DNA of 40,792 nt from a virus. The stretch is taken from the IMG/VR virus record IMGVR_UViG_3300029231_000023, positions 1 through 40,792 of that record. The stretch is one strand, 5' to 3'. Positions 13,329-22,638 of this stretch are shown here, piece after piece (position 1 is the first letter of the stretch; every line of letters begins with the position of its first letter). The notes under the pieces were generated by a model, which saw only the letters and a list, made by a program, of their open reading frames with translations, ran no database searches and had not been told where the DNA came from. The translations under genes and the position numbers were made by a program.

Positions 13329-13586
13329 TCAATCTTTCAGCACGATCTCCGCGATGCGTGCCGCCGCTTCCGGGCCGTATTTCTCGGCCCATTTATCCAT
13401 GTACTTCTGCGCGTACTTCGCGCGGTTCTCATTTTTGGCTTTCCAGAGGTAAAAGCCGCTGGAGGCCGTTGTTTCGGCCAGCACCGCAAGCGTGATCTCC
13501 GTCAGGTTTGCGCCTGCCGCGCAGGCGATGATAAGCGCGAGACTGACGAGCGCGCTGCAAATCAGCCATTTCTTACTAAACTCCAT
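13329..13586 (-). CDS. Two-TM holin-like small membrane protein
   Basis: 85 aa with two hydrophobic segments and a charged C-terminus. Confidence 0.5.
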   Translation of the reverse strand: MEFSKKWLICSALVSLALIIACAAGANLTEITLAVLAETTASSGFYLWKAKNENRAKYAQKYMDKWAEKYGPEAAARIAEIVLKD

Positions 13587-13920
13587 TGCTGTGTCCGCAT
13601 TGCGCCTCCAGCTGGTGCAGGAACTTTTTCACGTCCCCGTTTCCGCCCAGCTTGACGTATTTTTGCCCGGCGATCAGGCGTTCTGCCATCGGCATTTCCT
13701 CCGACATGATGGTTAGCCGGAGAATTGCCAGATACTGCTCGTCCTGATGCTCCTGCATTTTCCCGAGCTTTTTGTCGATCTCGGCTAGATGCGCCTCCTG
13801 CGTTGTGGCCTTGCCGCGCTTTTTCTGAACCGCGCTGACGATGGCATTGACTACCGCCGTCAGCGCGGACGAGCCAAGCGCGGCGCAGGCGAGGGTGACG
13901 ATGATGGTTTTTGTGTCCAT
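13576..13920 (-). CDS. N-terminally anchored membrane protein of the lysis/fibre junction
   Basis: Start at the internal ATG 13920 (MDTKTIIVTLACAALGSSALTAVV...). GGNGD motif. A 5' fragment of this gene is duplicated at 25901-25969. Confidence 0.55.
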   Translation of the reverse strand: MDTKTIIVTLACAALGSSALTAVVNAIVSAVQKKRGKATTQEAHLAEIDKKLGKMQEHQDEQYLAILRLTIMSEEMPMAERLIAGQKYVKLGGNGDVKKFLHQLEAQCGHSNGV

Positions 13921-13951
13921 TTTTCTGTACCTTTCTCTTTTATTTGCCGGG

Positions 13952-14383
13952 CTAATCGTCCGCCATTTTGATGTAGGTGGTGGTATCGCTGGAATAGCTG
14001 ATCGTCGGCAGCGTCGTGCCGCCGAGGACTGCATAAAGCGCCGGGTAGGACATACGCGAGAAGCGAGATCCGTCGCATTCATGCCATGGGGCAGAGAGAA
14101 TGCGGACGGTTGTGAGGATATCACCAACTTCCTTCGCTCCGGTCAGCTTGTCCAGCGCGTCGTTTACGGTCGGATTTGCAGGCTTCCCGCTCCCTGGCCA
14201 TATGATCTCCTCCGCTTCTCCCGATAATAGCGTTTCTTTGGTAAGTGGTGTCCCAGACTCCAATGGCTCATCCTCTGGGCGAATCCATTCTTCTCTGGTT
14301 GCAGTCACCCCCATGAGGACTCTTGTTGCTGAATAATATACTGCGCCGTTTTGCAGGACTTTCGTCGGTTTTCTGTCCTTCAC
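13952..14383 (-). CDS. Short tail-fibre paralog (shared N-terminus plus tail-collar-like segment only)
   Basis: MKDRKPTKVLQNGAVYY...GTPLTKETLLS...VGDILTT aligns with the N-terminal roughly 115 aa of 14387..15841. Confidence 0.6.
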   Translation of the reverse strand: MKDRKPTKVLQNGAVYYSATRVLMGVTATREEWIRPEDEPLESGTPLTKETLLSGEAEEIIWPGSGKPANPTVNDALDKLTGAKEVGDILTTVRILSAPWHECDGSRFSRMSYPALYAVLGGTTLPTISYSSDTTTYIKMADD

Positions 14384-14386
14384 GGG

Positions 14387-15841
14387 TTATTCCTCCAGCG
14401 CCTTGATGTATGCGTGGCTACGGCTATCTGGTATAATCGTTGGAACCGGTTTCGCTAAGTCGTTATAATTGCATATAGATATTGTTCCAGTTTTTGGCGG
14501 CTGTGCCGCTAAAGCGGCAGGTGATAATGCACCATCAAAGACACCACTAATTTTGTATACCTTATCTTCCGGATCGGAAACGCTGCAGATGTATCTAGTA
14601 CCGTCTATGGAGGCCGTAAATAGCAGTAAGCCTGACACAAACTCGAATCCAGACTGTGTGTATACATAGTCTGTTGAGCCTGTAGAGATTGCTTCCGCTC
14701 CAATGTGCCATGTTGTGCCATTATCAAGTGTGTAGGCGTACTTCAAGCCTTCATTTTGATATATCGCAATAATCGTACCTGTAGATGCACATATATACTT
14801 CCAAATAGCATAACCCTGTATGCCGCTTGGAACAGCAGCATCTGGAATTGTTCCAATTAGATCCTCCGAAGCGTTCGGGCTTAATTCTTCTGCCATGTAG
14901 ATATTTCGGTGATACGTCCAGCAAAACTGCCTTGAGGTCTCGTCGTAGCTTATTGCGTCTACAGAGTTATTTACGTTGTTCCACTTTCCCGAACTACTTG
15001 CGGTTATACGGTCTTCGTATACTACTCCACCAATGTAATTACTTGAAGAACTATTAGATCGAAAGCAGTACACATTGCCGCTACTCGAAGCAAATAGTTC
15101 TAATTTGTAAATATCATTGCCGCCGTTGTTCCATATCCAGTTGTTCTCCGATACGGTCTGAAGATCTTCCGAGATAGTATAGGACTCGCAGTGATTTTCC
15201 GTAGAGGTTGCTTCTACGATAGCCATACGGTAGACGCCTTTGAGCGGATTATAGCATACTGCAATATCTGCAATATGCTGACTGTCACCGAGCGTATAGC
15301 TAAACGGATAATCTACCCATACATCTGTATCACTCGATACATACATGTGCATTTTGGAATCGGACCGGTTGTAGGTGAAGGCAAACCACTTTCCATTTGC
15401 GTATCTTATGCTGCTTGTATCCTGATTGACCCCTGTTACAGGCTTGCTCGTCCATGGAGCCGGAGACGCCGCCGGCCGCAAGAGTTCAAACAGCTTCGGG
15501 TAGGCAGATCTTGTGATGGTTTGGCCATTGCATAAAAGCCACGCATCGGATGGTTTCGCTCTTACCGTCATAAGGATATCGCCAACTTTCGCGGTGCCTT
15601 TCTGCAATTCTGCAAGCGCCTCGCTGACCGTCGGGTCTTCCGGGCGGGTACTTGCGTTCGGCCAGATCTTGGCCGCGGTAGCATCGGAGAGTAAGTTTGC
15701 CTTATTGAGCGGCGTGCCCTCTTCGGTCGGGGCGTCGTCTCGCTTGAGATATTCGTAGTGATTCAGGGTTCCGTCGGCGTTATAAAAGCCGTACCGGATT
15801 GCGCCGTTGGATAAAACTTGTGTTGGCTGTCTATCTTTCAT
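14387..15841 (-). CDS. Tail fibre / receptor-binding protein: tail-collar-like region plus an AT-rich beta-propeller-like C-terminal domain
   Basis: ATG at 15841 (ATGA coupling). GDILMTVRAKPSDAWLLCNGQTITRSAYPKLFELL is collar-like. Asp-box-like YTLDNGTTW. Confidence 0.7.
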   Translation of the reverse strand: MKDRQPTQVLSNGAIRYGFYNADGTLNHYEYLKRDDAPTEEGTPLNKANLLSDATAAKIWPNASTRPEDPTVSEALAELQKGTAKVGDILMTVRAKPSDAWLLCNGQTITRSAYPKLFELLRPAASPAPWTSKPVTGVNQDTSSIRYANGKWFAFTYNRSDSKMHMYVSSDTDVWVDYPFSYTLGDSQHIADIAVCYNPLKGVYRMAIVEATSTENHCESYTISEDLQTVSENNWIWNNGGNDIYKLELFASSSGNVYCFRSNSSSSNYIGGVVYEDRITASSSGKWNNVNNSVDAISYDETSRQFCWTYHRNIYMAEELSPNASEDLIGTIPDAAVPSGIQGYAIWKYICASTGTIIAIYQNEGLKYAYTLDNGTTWHIGAEAISTGSTDYVYTQSGFEFVSGLLLFTASIDGTRYICSVSDPEDKVYKISGVFDGALSPAALAAQPPKTGTISICNYNDLAKPVPTIIPDSRSHAYIKALEE

Positions 15842-16329
15842 GTCAGAAGTCCTCCTGCGGCGCACTCCGCCGCGCCGGTGTGGCGGAATGCCTTTGTGAT
15901 GTTGTCGATCAGTTCCTCACAGAGCGCAAGAACGCGCTCGATATCATTTGCGCCGGTGTAGGCCATGCGGTTCAGCTCCGGCGCGTCCGGTGTTCCTTCG
16001 GGGTATGCCAGTGCGTCCCGGATGGACTGCACCTGCTTGCGGTATGCCTCGGCCTGTGATGCCGTTATAATGTCCGTTGCGGCCCAATCTGTTTTTGCGG
16101 ACCATGCGATACTCATGCCGCAGACCGGCGCAAGACGCGCCGCCAGATAGTTCATGGCGGTTCCCACGCGATTCATGTCGCTTGCGTTGTACGCGCCCTT
16201 CATCCCAGCCAGCCATTCCGCCTGCTCGGCTGCGGTCATGGCAGCAAAGCCCTTCGCGGCCAGCGCCTTGACGTGATCCACGTCCGCCTGCGTCCGGTCG
16301 GTGACGAGGGTGTCAATGATGGTACTCAT
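15838..16329 (-). CDS. Fibre-associated / upper baseplate protein
   Basis: 163 aa with the motif DRTQADVD...KGAYNASDMNRVG that I associate with Firmicute phage fibre modules. Position between the hub and the fibre genes. Confidence 0.45.
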   Translation of the reverse strand: MSTIIDTLVTDRTQADVDHVKALAAKGFAAMTAAEQAEWLAGMKGAYNASDMNRVGTAMNYLAARLAPVCGMSIAWSAKTDWAATDIITASQAEAYRKQVQSIRDALAYPEGTPDAPELNRMAYTGANDIERVLALCEELIDNITKAFRHTGAAECAAGGLLT

Positions 16330-17840
16330 GCGCCAACTCCTTTCGTTACGGCATAAATTCCGCCTCCGCTGAACGTCAGTTCCATACCGGTCTGCACAGC
16401 ATTTTCGTTTTGTGCGAATGCGTCGGAGATTTTGATGGTGTCGCCGGTTTCGAGCGCCGGATTGCCCCGGTTTTTCACGCTGTAGATCTTTCGGCGATTA
16501 TACTGCGCAAGCAGCCACGCGGCCACACTCTGATAGTTTGCAGGCGCTACGCACGGGTTATTTACGCTCTTGATGTTTTTGCCGCTCCCGGCGGTGATTA
16601 TCGTATCAATATTCGCGTAGTCGCTCTTAACGTGCAGCTCTACGCAATCAACCGCTTCCGATATGGACACACCGTCATAGTTATAAAGCTCATCCGGCGT
16701 TATTTCTCCCAATACTGCGCCTGCTGAAAGCTCCGCGATGTGCAGGTTTCCGGATCGATCAAACCACGCGGAGCACATTGCGGCCTGTGCCAGAATCCGG
16801 ATCGCCTCGCGTCTCGTCGTCTTCCGAGGGATTGCAGGGACTACCGTTCTTTCGTCTGCGCCGCCGCCGTAGATCACAGTGACGTCGTATCCTTCCAGTA
16901 CGGACGCAACTACAGTCTGGAGCTTGCACGCGGTAGCGTTTCCGGCCTCATAGGTTGCGCGATCGAGTGTCGCAGCCATATCGTTTCCGACAAGCTGTGC
17001 CGTAACGCCGGAATCGCGTGCTGTAACGGATGTAAAAAAGAACTCGCCAACGTCTATGCTCTCTCCGTTTACAATGCATCTGGCAAGCAATTTCTGGCCA
17101 TCCTGAATCACGGAGAAAACGCCGTCCGGGTTCAGAATGTTGTACCGATGATCCGCGTTGTCAAATGTAAAGGAAATCTGCCGGGACGGGAACGATTCGC
17201 AGGAAACGGATGCTTCCTCTATAATCTTCACGTCGGCCATTGTGTCGTTTTCGTAGGTTTCCGTCAGGCCGAAATCGATCTGCCGCAGCCGGGCGCGTGT
17301 CTTTGGCAGGAGCGTCTTGTCAAATCGAATCGTCAGCTTTGTGTAATTTGCGGCAGTCATGCTGATGTTCTGCCGCGCCTGCGTGATCATCTTTGTTCCG
17401 GTTGCGACCGCCGCTCCGTCGCTCGCATATGCGGTAATTGTGATCTGCGCCGGGTATTGGTTCATTTTTTCATCAAACAGCATCGCCCAACCAATCGTGG
17501 ATACCGGAGCGGAGAATTCAAACGTAATTATGCTTGCCATTTCGGCGCTCTCGTTTGATACTACTCCGCTCCACCAGCCTACATGCTGCCCGTCAAAGCT
17601 ATCGTTCGGAATATCGATTGTCCCATCCAGAACCCACCGGTTCAATTCAAGCCCAGCAAACTTCCCGGATATGGTTTCTCTGTCGCTGATCGTTTCGGCG
17701 GCGCTTGTGCCTGGTGCCGAATCAGATGCAGAGGCCGTACCGTTCTTCTTTGCCGACGGGTCAACAATGTAAAACCGGACAAGCATGCCGACCTCACGCA
17801 CCGGTGTAAACGGTGCGTAATTGCTCGATACCTTCTGCAT
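16326..17840 (-). CDS. Tail-tip / baseplate hub (Tal-like) protein
   Basis: About 504 aa. ATG at 17840 overlaps the upstream stop codon. Second gene after the tape measure. Confidence 0.5.
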   Translation of the reverse strand: MQKVSSNYAPFTPVREVGMLVRFYIVDPSAKKNGTASASDSAPGTSAAETISDRETISGKFAGLELNRWVLDGTIDIPNDSFDGQHVGWWSGVVSNESAEMASIITFEFSAPVSTIGWAMLFDEKMNQYPAQITITAYASDGAAVATGTKMITQARQNISMTAANYTKLTIRFDKTLLPKTRARLRQIDFGLTETYENDTMADVKIIEEASVSCESFPSRQISFTFDNADHRYNILNPDGVFSVIQDGQKLLARCIVNGESIDVGEFFFTSVTARDSGVTAQLVGNDMAATLDRATYEAGNATACKLQTVVASVLEGYDVTVIYGGGADERTVVPAIPRKTTRREAIRILAQAAMCSAWFDRSGNLHIAELSAGAVLGEITPDELYNYDGVSISEAVDCVELHVKSDYANIDTIITAGSGKNIKSVNNPCVAPANYQSVAAWLLAQYNRRKIYSVKNRGNPALETGDTIKISDAFAQNENAVQTGMELTFSGGGIYAVTKGVGA

Positions 17841-18220
17841 CAATCCACCCCTTGCTGTGTCGCGGAGATCGTGACGCCGCACCACTGCGATACGCCGTCC
17901 TCATCGTAGATGATCGCCTTGTATTCCGGCTGTTCAAAAAGGAAATCCCTTGTTTTGTCGCCGTCTACATCCGGGTATGTTACGCTCAACACATGTTTCG
18001 TGTTGATCATGCTGCGGAGTTTTCGGAGATCGGCGACAGAAAGCCAGCCCGTCGGGATTTTCAATTCATTTTTTACCCCGATGATATCCATAACCGTCTT
18101 TCCGGATGCCATTGTCGCGGTTGCGCCAATATCCTTCGGCTGAATCGTGAACACGAGATCGCGCAGAAGCGTGACCGTGTTTGTTCCGTCCGTGATTTTA
18201 ATCCTACGCAAGCGATACAC
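17840..18220 (-). CDS. Distal tail protein-like (short)
   Basis: 126 aa, immediately after the tape measure gene. Confidence 0.4.
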   Translation of the reverse strand: MYRLRRIKITDGTNTVTLLRDLVFTIQPKDIGATATMASGKTVMDIIGVKNELKIPTGWLSVADLRKLRSMINTKHVLSVTYPDVDGDKTRDFLFEQPEYKAIIYDEDGVSQWCGVTISATQQGVD

Positions 18221-20231
18221 CCCTTTGTACGATCTCGCCCCGCAGCGGATCGAATATTGCTCTTGCTATCGTCTGTCCGTCGAGTACAAGGTTGATCTGC
18301 ATTGGCGTTCCGGGCTGGTTGTTGGCAAGCAGGCCGTTCACGACGCCGACAGAGGACTTTGCCGCGCCGGACACGGAGAATGACGTTGTTCCGAAGGTCA
18401 TCTGATCTTCGATATCTTTCCGCACCCCGAGCATTTCCCTGTCAAAGCCCTGCCCAAGTCCTTCTGCCATGTAGCCGCCGATTCCGGCGAAGACTTTAGA
18501 CGGGGACGCAATACCGAGGATGCTCTTGACGCCGCTCACAAGGCCGTTGACCATATCGCTTACCGTCCGCTTTAGGCTCTCCCACATATGCAGAAATCCG
18601 TTTTTGATACCGTCAACGATATTTGTTCCGATGCTGCCCCAATCGTATCCGAGGAACGTATCTACAATCGATTTGATTATCGTTGGGATCGACATGACAA
18701 GATCCGGGATTGCGCTAATAAGGCCCTCAATAAGCGCCATGATGATTTTCGGGCCGGACATGATGATTTGCGGAAGATTGTTAAGAATCCCCTGTACAAT
18801 CCCGATAATGAGTTTTGGCACAGCCGCAGTAAGCTGCGGAATGGATTTAATCAGGCCATCGATCAGCGACATAACAAGTTTTGCGCCGGATTCAATGATT
18901 TTGGGGAAGTTTTCAGTAAGCGCGGTTATGAGATTTGTGATAATCTTGGGAGCCACCTCAAGCAGCCTCGGGACGGCATCAATGATCCCGTCCGCCAGAG
19001 CGAGGATGATCTCAAGCGCCGCATCTACCAAATTCCCGAGATTGCCAGGATCGGTCAGCGTTTCGGCGATTTTTATGATTGCTTCCGTTGCCGCCGGGAT
19101 CAGCTCCGGGAGCGCGTCTGCGATGCCCTGTGCCAGCGAGGCGATCACATCGATTCCGGTTTGTACGATCTCCGGCAGCAGCTCCAGCAGCGCCGGAACG
19201 AGAATTCCAATGGCGGTCGGCGCGATATCGCCCAGAACGGTAAGGATTTCCGGGAGCGCGGACATAAGCCCGGTGACCAGATTTGACGCGCCCTCGATAA
19301 GCGAGGGGAGGGTGGATCCGAGTATGCCCGGCAGCTGCGTGCTTACGGTGCCCATCAGCGCAGAAACCGCCTCCACGATACGCGGCAGTAATTCCTGAAT
19401 ACGCGGAATCAGGTTGTTTCCTGCGACAACAACGGAATCTGTAAAGTTCCCGACGAGGGTTCCCAAGTCCTGATCCGGGTCTGCAAGGCCGGTCACAAGG
19501 TTCTGCCATGCGGCTTTTACCATGCCGAACGAGCCTTGAATCGTGGACGCGGCTTCTTTTGCGGTCGTGCCGGTGATTCCCATTTCGGTCTGCACGACAT
19601 GGATCGCGTCCACGATATCCGCATAGCTGGAAATGTCGTACTTGACGCCCGAAATTTTCTCCGCATCTTCAAGTAGCCGCTGCATTTCGGCCTGCGTACC
19701 GCCGTAGCCGAGCTTCAGGTTATCGAGCATGGTGTAATTTGCTTTTGCGAACCCCTGATATGCGTTCTGGATTGATGTCATGTCCGTGCCCATTTTGTTC
19801 GCGTTGTCGGACATATCAGTCAGCGCCAGGTTTGCTTTTTCTGCCGCTGCACTGGTATCCCCATCGAGAGACTGCAGCAGGGATGCAGAAAAGCTTGTTA
19901 CCGTCTCCATGTACTCATTCGCAGACAGCCCAGCGGTTTTGTACGCGTTGTTTGCGTACTCCATAACTTTATCTTGGCTATCCTTAAAAAGCGTCTCTAC
20001 GCCGCCGACAAGCTGCTCGTAGTCCGCATATGCTTGGATTGCCTTTGTTCCAATCGTGCCGATTGCCGTCGCCGCTGCCGTCACGCCGACTACCGCGGCC
20101 TTTCCGACAGTTGCAAGCCCGCTCTTTATTTTTTCGCCAAGCCCAGATGTTTTCTTCCCGGTTTCGTCAATGCCCTTGTCCGCTTCAGACGTGTCCGCGC
20201 CGATTTTTACAAAAAGTTCAAATAGATTCAT
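18204..20231 (-). CDS. Tape measure protein
   Basis: 675 aa, highly alpha-helical and A/G/I/L-rich with repeated motifs. It follows the G/GT chaperone pair. Confidence 0.9.
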   Translation of the reverse strand: MNLFELFVKIGADTSEADKGIDETGKKTSGLGEKIKSGLATVGKAAVVGVTAAATAIGTIGTKAIQAYADYEQLVGGVETLFKDSQDKVMEYANNAYKTAGLSANEYMETVTSFSASLLQSLDGDTSAAAEKANLALTDMSDNANKMGTDMTSIQNAYQGFAKANYTMLDNLKLGYGGTQAEMQRLLEDAEKISGVKYDISSYADIVDAIHVVQTEMGITGTTAKEAASTIQGSFGMVKAAWQNLVTGLADPDQDLGTLVGNFTDSVVVAGNNLIPRIQELLPRIVEAVSALMGTVSTQLPGILGSTLPSLIEGASNLVTGLMSALPEILTVLGDIAPTAIGILVPALLELLPEIVQTGIDVIASLAQGIADALPELIPAATEAIIKIAETLTDPGNLGNLVDAALEIILALADGIIDAVPRLLEVAPKIITNLITALTENFPKIIESGAKLVMSLIDGLIKSIPQLTAAVPKLIIGIVQGILNNLPQIIMSGPKIIMALIEGLISAIPDLVMSIPTIIKSIVDTFLGYDWGSIGTNIVDGIKNGFLHMWESLKRTVSDMVNGLVSGVKSILGIASPSKVFAGIGGYMAEGLGQGFDREMLGVRKDIEDQMTFGTTSFSVSGAAKSSVGVVNGLLANNQPGTPMQINLVLDGQTIARAIFDPLRGEIVQRGVSLA

Positions 20232-20580
20232 GCTTCACCACCAATCCGCACCGCTTAACAACCTCGGCGGTGATTTCTTCGCAGGTTCGGTTGTCCTGCG
20301 GCTTCGGGTCTATCAGATCGGAATATTTTGCCTGCACAAAGCTGCCGCCCGCGAATTTTGCTGTGTTTTCCGTCATTGTGCGCAAACACTCCGCCGTATA
20401 AATACGGAAGGCTGATTCTTCCTGCTGCCGCTTTACCAAAATCGGCAAAAGGCGAATCAGCCCTCCCGCGCTTATCTTTGGAGCTGCCAGAAGCGCAAGC
20501 GTTACGCTTTCGCCTCCGACGCGCACGATTTGAAAAAATTCTGCATATCCTTGTCCTTGACGATCTCCTGAATCTGCCAC
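20218..20580 (-). CDS. -1 frame extension of the tail assembly chaperone (T part of G/GT)
   Basis: The ORF overlaps the 3' end of 20502..20870 in the -1 frame, and a slippery heptamer lies in the overlap. Confidence 0.65.
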   Translation of the reverse strand: MADSGDRQGQGYAEFFQIVRVGGESVTLALLAAPKISAGGLIRLLPILVKRQQEESAFRIYTAECLRTMTENTAKFAGGSFVQAKYSDLIDPKPQDNRTCEEITAEVVKRCGLVVKHESI

Positions 20581-20870
20581 ATGGTTTTTAGGACGCTCTG
20601 CTTTTTGATCGCCTCAACAGTCGTTTCGTTGATCGCAGCCAGAATACCAAGCGTATCTTCCCGGTGCTTTTTCAGAATCAGAGGAATCCACTGACCGATC
20701 TTCTGCGCACCGATCGCGTACCGTTCTCCCGCCGTCTGCGGCTTCTCCGCGTCGATCTGTGCTTTCAGACTCTCCCGCAGCTCATCATCGGTCAGGATGT
20801 TGAGCGCGCACACGCTGACCTCGCAAAGAACGTCAGCCGCCCTATCAGTGCTAAGTTCCGAAAATTTCAT
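20502..20870 (-). CDS. Tail assembly chaperone (G-like)
   Basis: 122 aa, located between the major tail protein and the tape measure. Confidence 0.7.
   Translation of the reverse strand: MKFSELSTDRAADVLCEVSVCALNILTDDELRESLKAQIDAEKPQTAGERYAIGAQKIGQWIPLILKKHREDTLGILAAINETTVEAIKKQSVLKTMWQIQEIVKDKDMQNFFKSCASEAKA
20532..20538 (-). promoter_or_regulatory. Programmed -1 frameshift slippery site T_TTT_TTC
   Basis: The zero frame reads AAT TTT TTC AAA. The -1 frame reads GAA TTT TTT CAA and stays open to 20218. Confidence 0.65.
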
Positions 20871-20882
20871 ACTTTCTTCTCC

Positions 20883-21473
20883 TTACGTTTCAGCCGTACC
20901 GGCTTTGATATAAACCTCATATGGCACAACGTCCTGCTTTGACATCGAATAGTGCGCCGTGTACTCAAACGCCATCTGCCCCTTGCCCTTGTCGGCGGTT
21001 TTCAGCTGGAATCCGCCGGTCGATAGCGCGTTCATAAGACGAATAGCAATGAAACCACCGTTTGTCGCACCGTTCTTGTCGGAATAATCACCCACAAGCC
21101 AGATGTCCGCAAAGTCAGTCGGTGAAAGATCGCGCCGAGGAACAACCTTCGTCGTATCTGTGCCGTCGATGTCAGCCGCCGCCATAAGAGATTTCGCGGA
21201 GGCAGTCGTAGCCGTTACATATGTACCGGAAAGTTTCACTTCGACATCGTCCATCCGCTTCATTTCCATTGTGTTCTTTGGGCAATTATCCACATCCGAG
21301 CCGTAGTCAGAATACGTCGGTGTCGCGGAAAATGTAACGCCTCCGGTAGTTGCGCCGATCTGGTTCTCCGGTTCAAACGTTCCGGTTGCAGGCGTAAATT
21401 TGCTCAAAACAACGCCAGCATTGATTTGCAGCTGCTTAAACGTATCCGCCGGAATTTTTGTAAATTTCGCCAT
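20883..21473 (-). CDS. Major tail protein
   Basis: 196 aa. Its position and composition are typical of siphovirus tail tube proteins. Confidence 0.75.
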   Translation of the reverse strand: MAKFTKIPADTFKQLQINAGVVLSKFTPATGTFEPENQIGATTGGVTFSATPTYSDYGSDVDNCPKNTMEMKRMDDVEVKLSGTYVTATTASAKSLMAAADIDGTDTTKVVPRRDLSPTDFADIWLVGDYSDKNGATNGGFIAIRLMNALSTGGFQLKTADKGKGQMAFEYTAHYSMSKQDVVPYEVYIKAGTAET

Positions 21474-21486
21474 GAAATCAGTCCTT

Positions 21487-21855
21487 TCAGTTCGCGGTAA
21501 TGTATTCGATTGTGACGTTCAAATACCGCCGCTTGATATTTGCATCAGAATCGTCCCGGACGTTCTGGCACCACGGAGATCCGCGCTTGATCCAGATTGC
21601 GCCGTCGTCACACGGCACAAACACGCCGCCCAAGCCGATAGCGTCCGAGATTTCCTGCGCTTTCGCGTTTGGTTCTGCTTCCTGCGTTGTGTAGTACCAG
21701 AGATTCACTGTCAGGCCGATTTCCCCGCTGTCCCACGCGCCGGTAATCAGCTCATAGGTCAGCCACGGAAAAACGGCATCGTCCGGGACACTTGATGTGG
21801 GGTATGCCGTGAGAAATTGCGAGAACCACGCATGCAATGCTTTGTCTTTCGTCAT
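21487..21855 (-). CDS. Tail completion / terminator-like protein
   Basis: 122 aa, immediately upstream of the major tail gene. Confidence 0.5.
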   Translation of the reverse strand: MTKDKALHAWFSQFLTAYPTSSVPDDAVFPWLTYELITGAWDSGEIGLTVNLWYYTTQEAEPNAKAQEISDAIGLGGVFVPCDDGAIWIKRGSPWCQNVRDDSDANIKRRYLNVTIEYITAN

Positions 21856-22202
21856 GTTGGCAGCGCTTTCTTTTCTGCAGTGAAGTATTTCAGATCGAAG
21901 CTTGCGGACTTCGGTGTTTGCTTGTCCTTTGGCTCGGACGTGACGCGGTACGTCTCGCCGGTCGTCTTGTCGCGGAAGAAGTCGTTATAATCGATTGGTA
22001 CGGCTTTTTGCACAAGCACCGAGTAAACGCTTGTCACGCCCTCCTTCTCCGCTCTGCGAGCCTCCATGGACGTATCGAGCATCTGGTAATTTGCGAATTC
22101 CGCCCCGTCCGTCCATATCGTGACGTAACCGCCCGCTCCGTCCGGCGTCCGGCTTTTTTCGAGCAGCACGCACGGGCGGGCAAAATCATCAAGTAAACTC
22201 AT
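21852..22202 (-). CDS. Head closure / head-tail joining protein
   Basis: 116 aa. The call rests on synteny and size. Confidence 0.55.
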   Translation of the reverse strand: MSLLDDFARPCVLLEKSRTPDGAGGYVTIWTDGAEFANYQMLDTSMEARRAEKEGVTSVYSVLVQKAVPIDYNDFFRDKTTGETYRVTSEPKDKQTPKSASFDLKYFTAEKKALPT

Positions 22203-22203
22203 A

Positions 22204-22623
22204 TCAGATCTTCCTCCACTGGTTCATGCGCGATTTGAACGTCGTCTGCCATGTCACAGCCCCATTCGCGGAGGCACTTCCGCTCGATCCCTTCGAGTAG
22301 CTATAGCCTCCGAAGCTTTCCGAGGTAAACGGGCTTGCTGCCGCGTCCCCGTTTTTCTCCTGCCATGCTCTGATCTCAGCTTCGAGGGCGAGGACAGCGG
22401 ACGGGACGGCCATCGGCCAGACAGAGCCATCAAAGGTCTCGTCGGCCATCCCGTAATCCGGGTATTGGTGCACACCGTCATTAAAAACGGAACCTACAAT
22501 CCGGAAGAATTGCCCTTCTTGCAGGAACGGCAGCGCAATGCTGCCGTTTTCTACTGTGTACGTTCCGCTGATCCGATCCGTTTCAAACCAGTTCCGCAGA
22601 ACCCCGCACAATTCGGTTAGCAT
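22204..22623 (-). CDS. Head-tail connector (gp6/gp15-like)
   Basis: 139 aa, directly after the capsid gene. ESFGGYSYSK motif. Confidence 0.55.
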   Translation of the reverse strand: MLTELCGVLRNWFETDRISGTYTVENGSIALPFLQEGQFFRIVGSVFNDGVHQYPDYGMADETFDGSVWPMAVPSAVLALEAEIRAWQEKNGDAAASPFTSESFGGYSYSKGSSGSASANGAVTWQTTFKSRMNQWRKI

Positions 22624-22638
22624 TGCGCTGCCGCCTCC

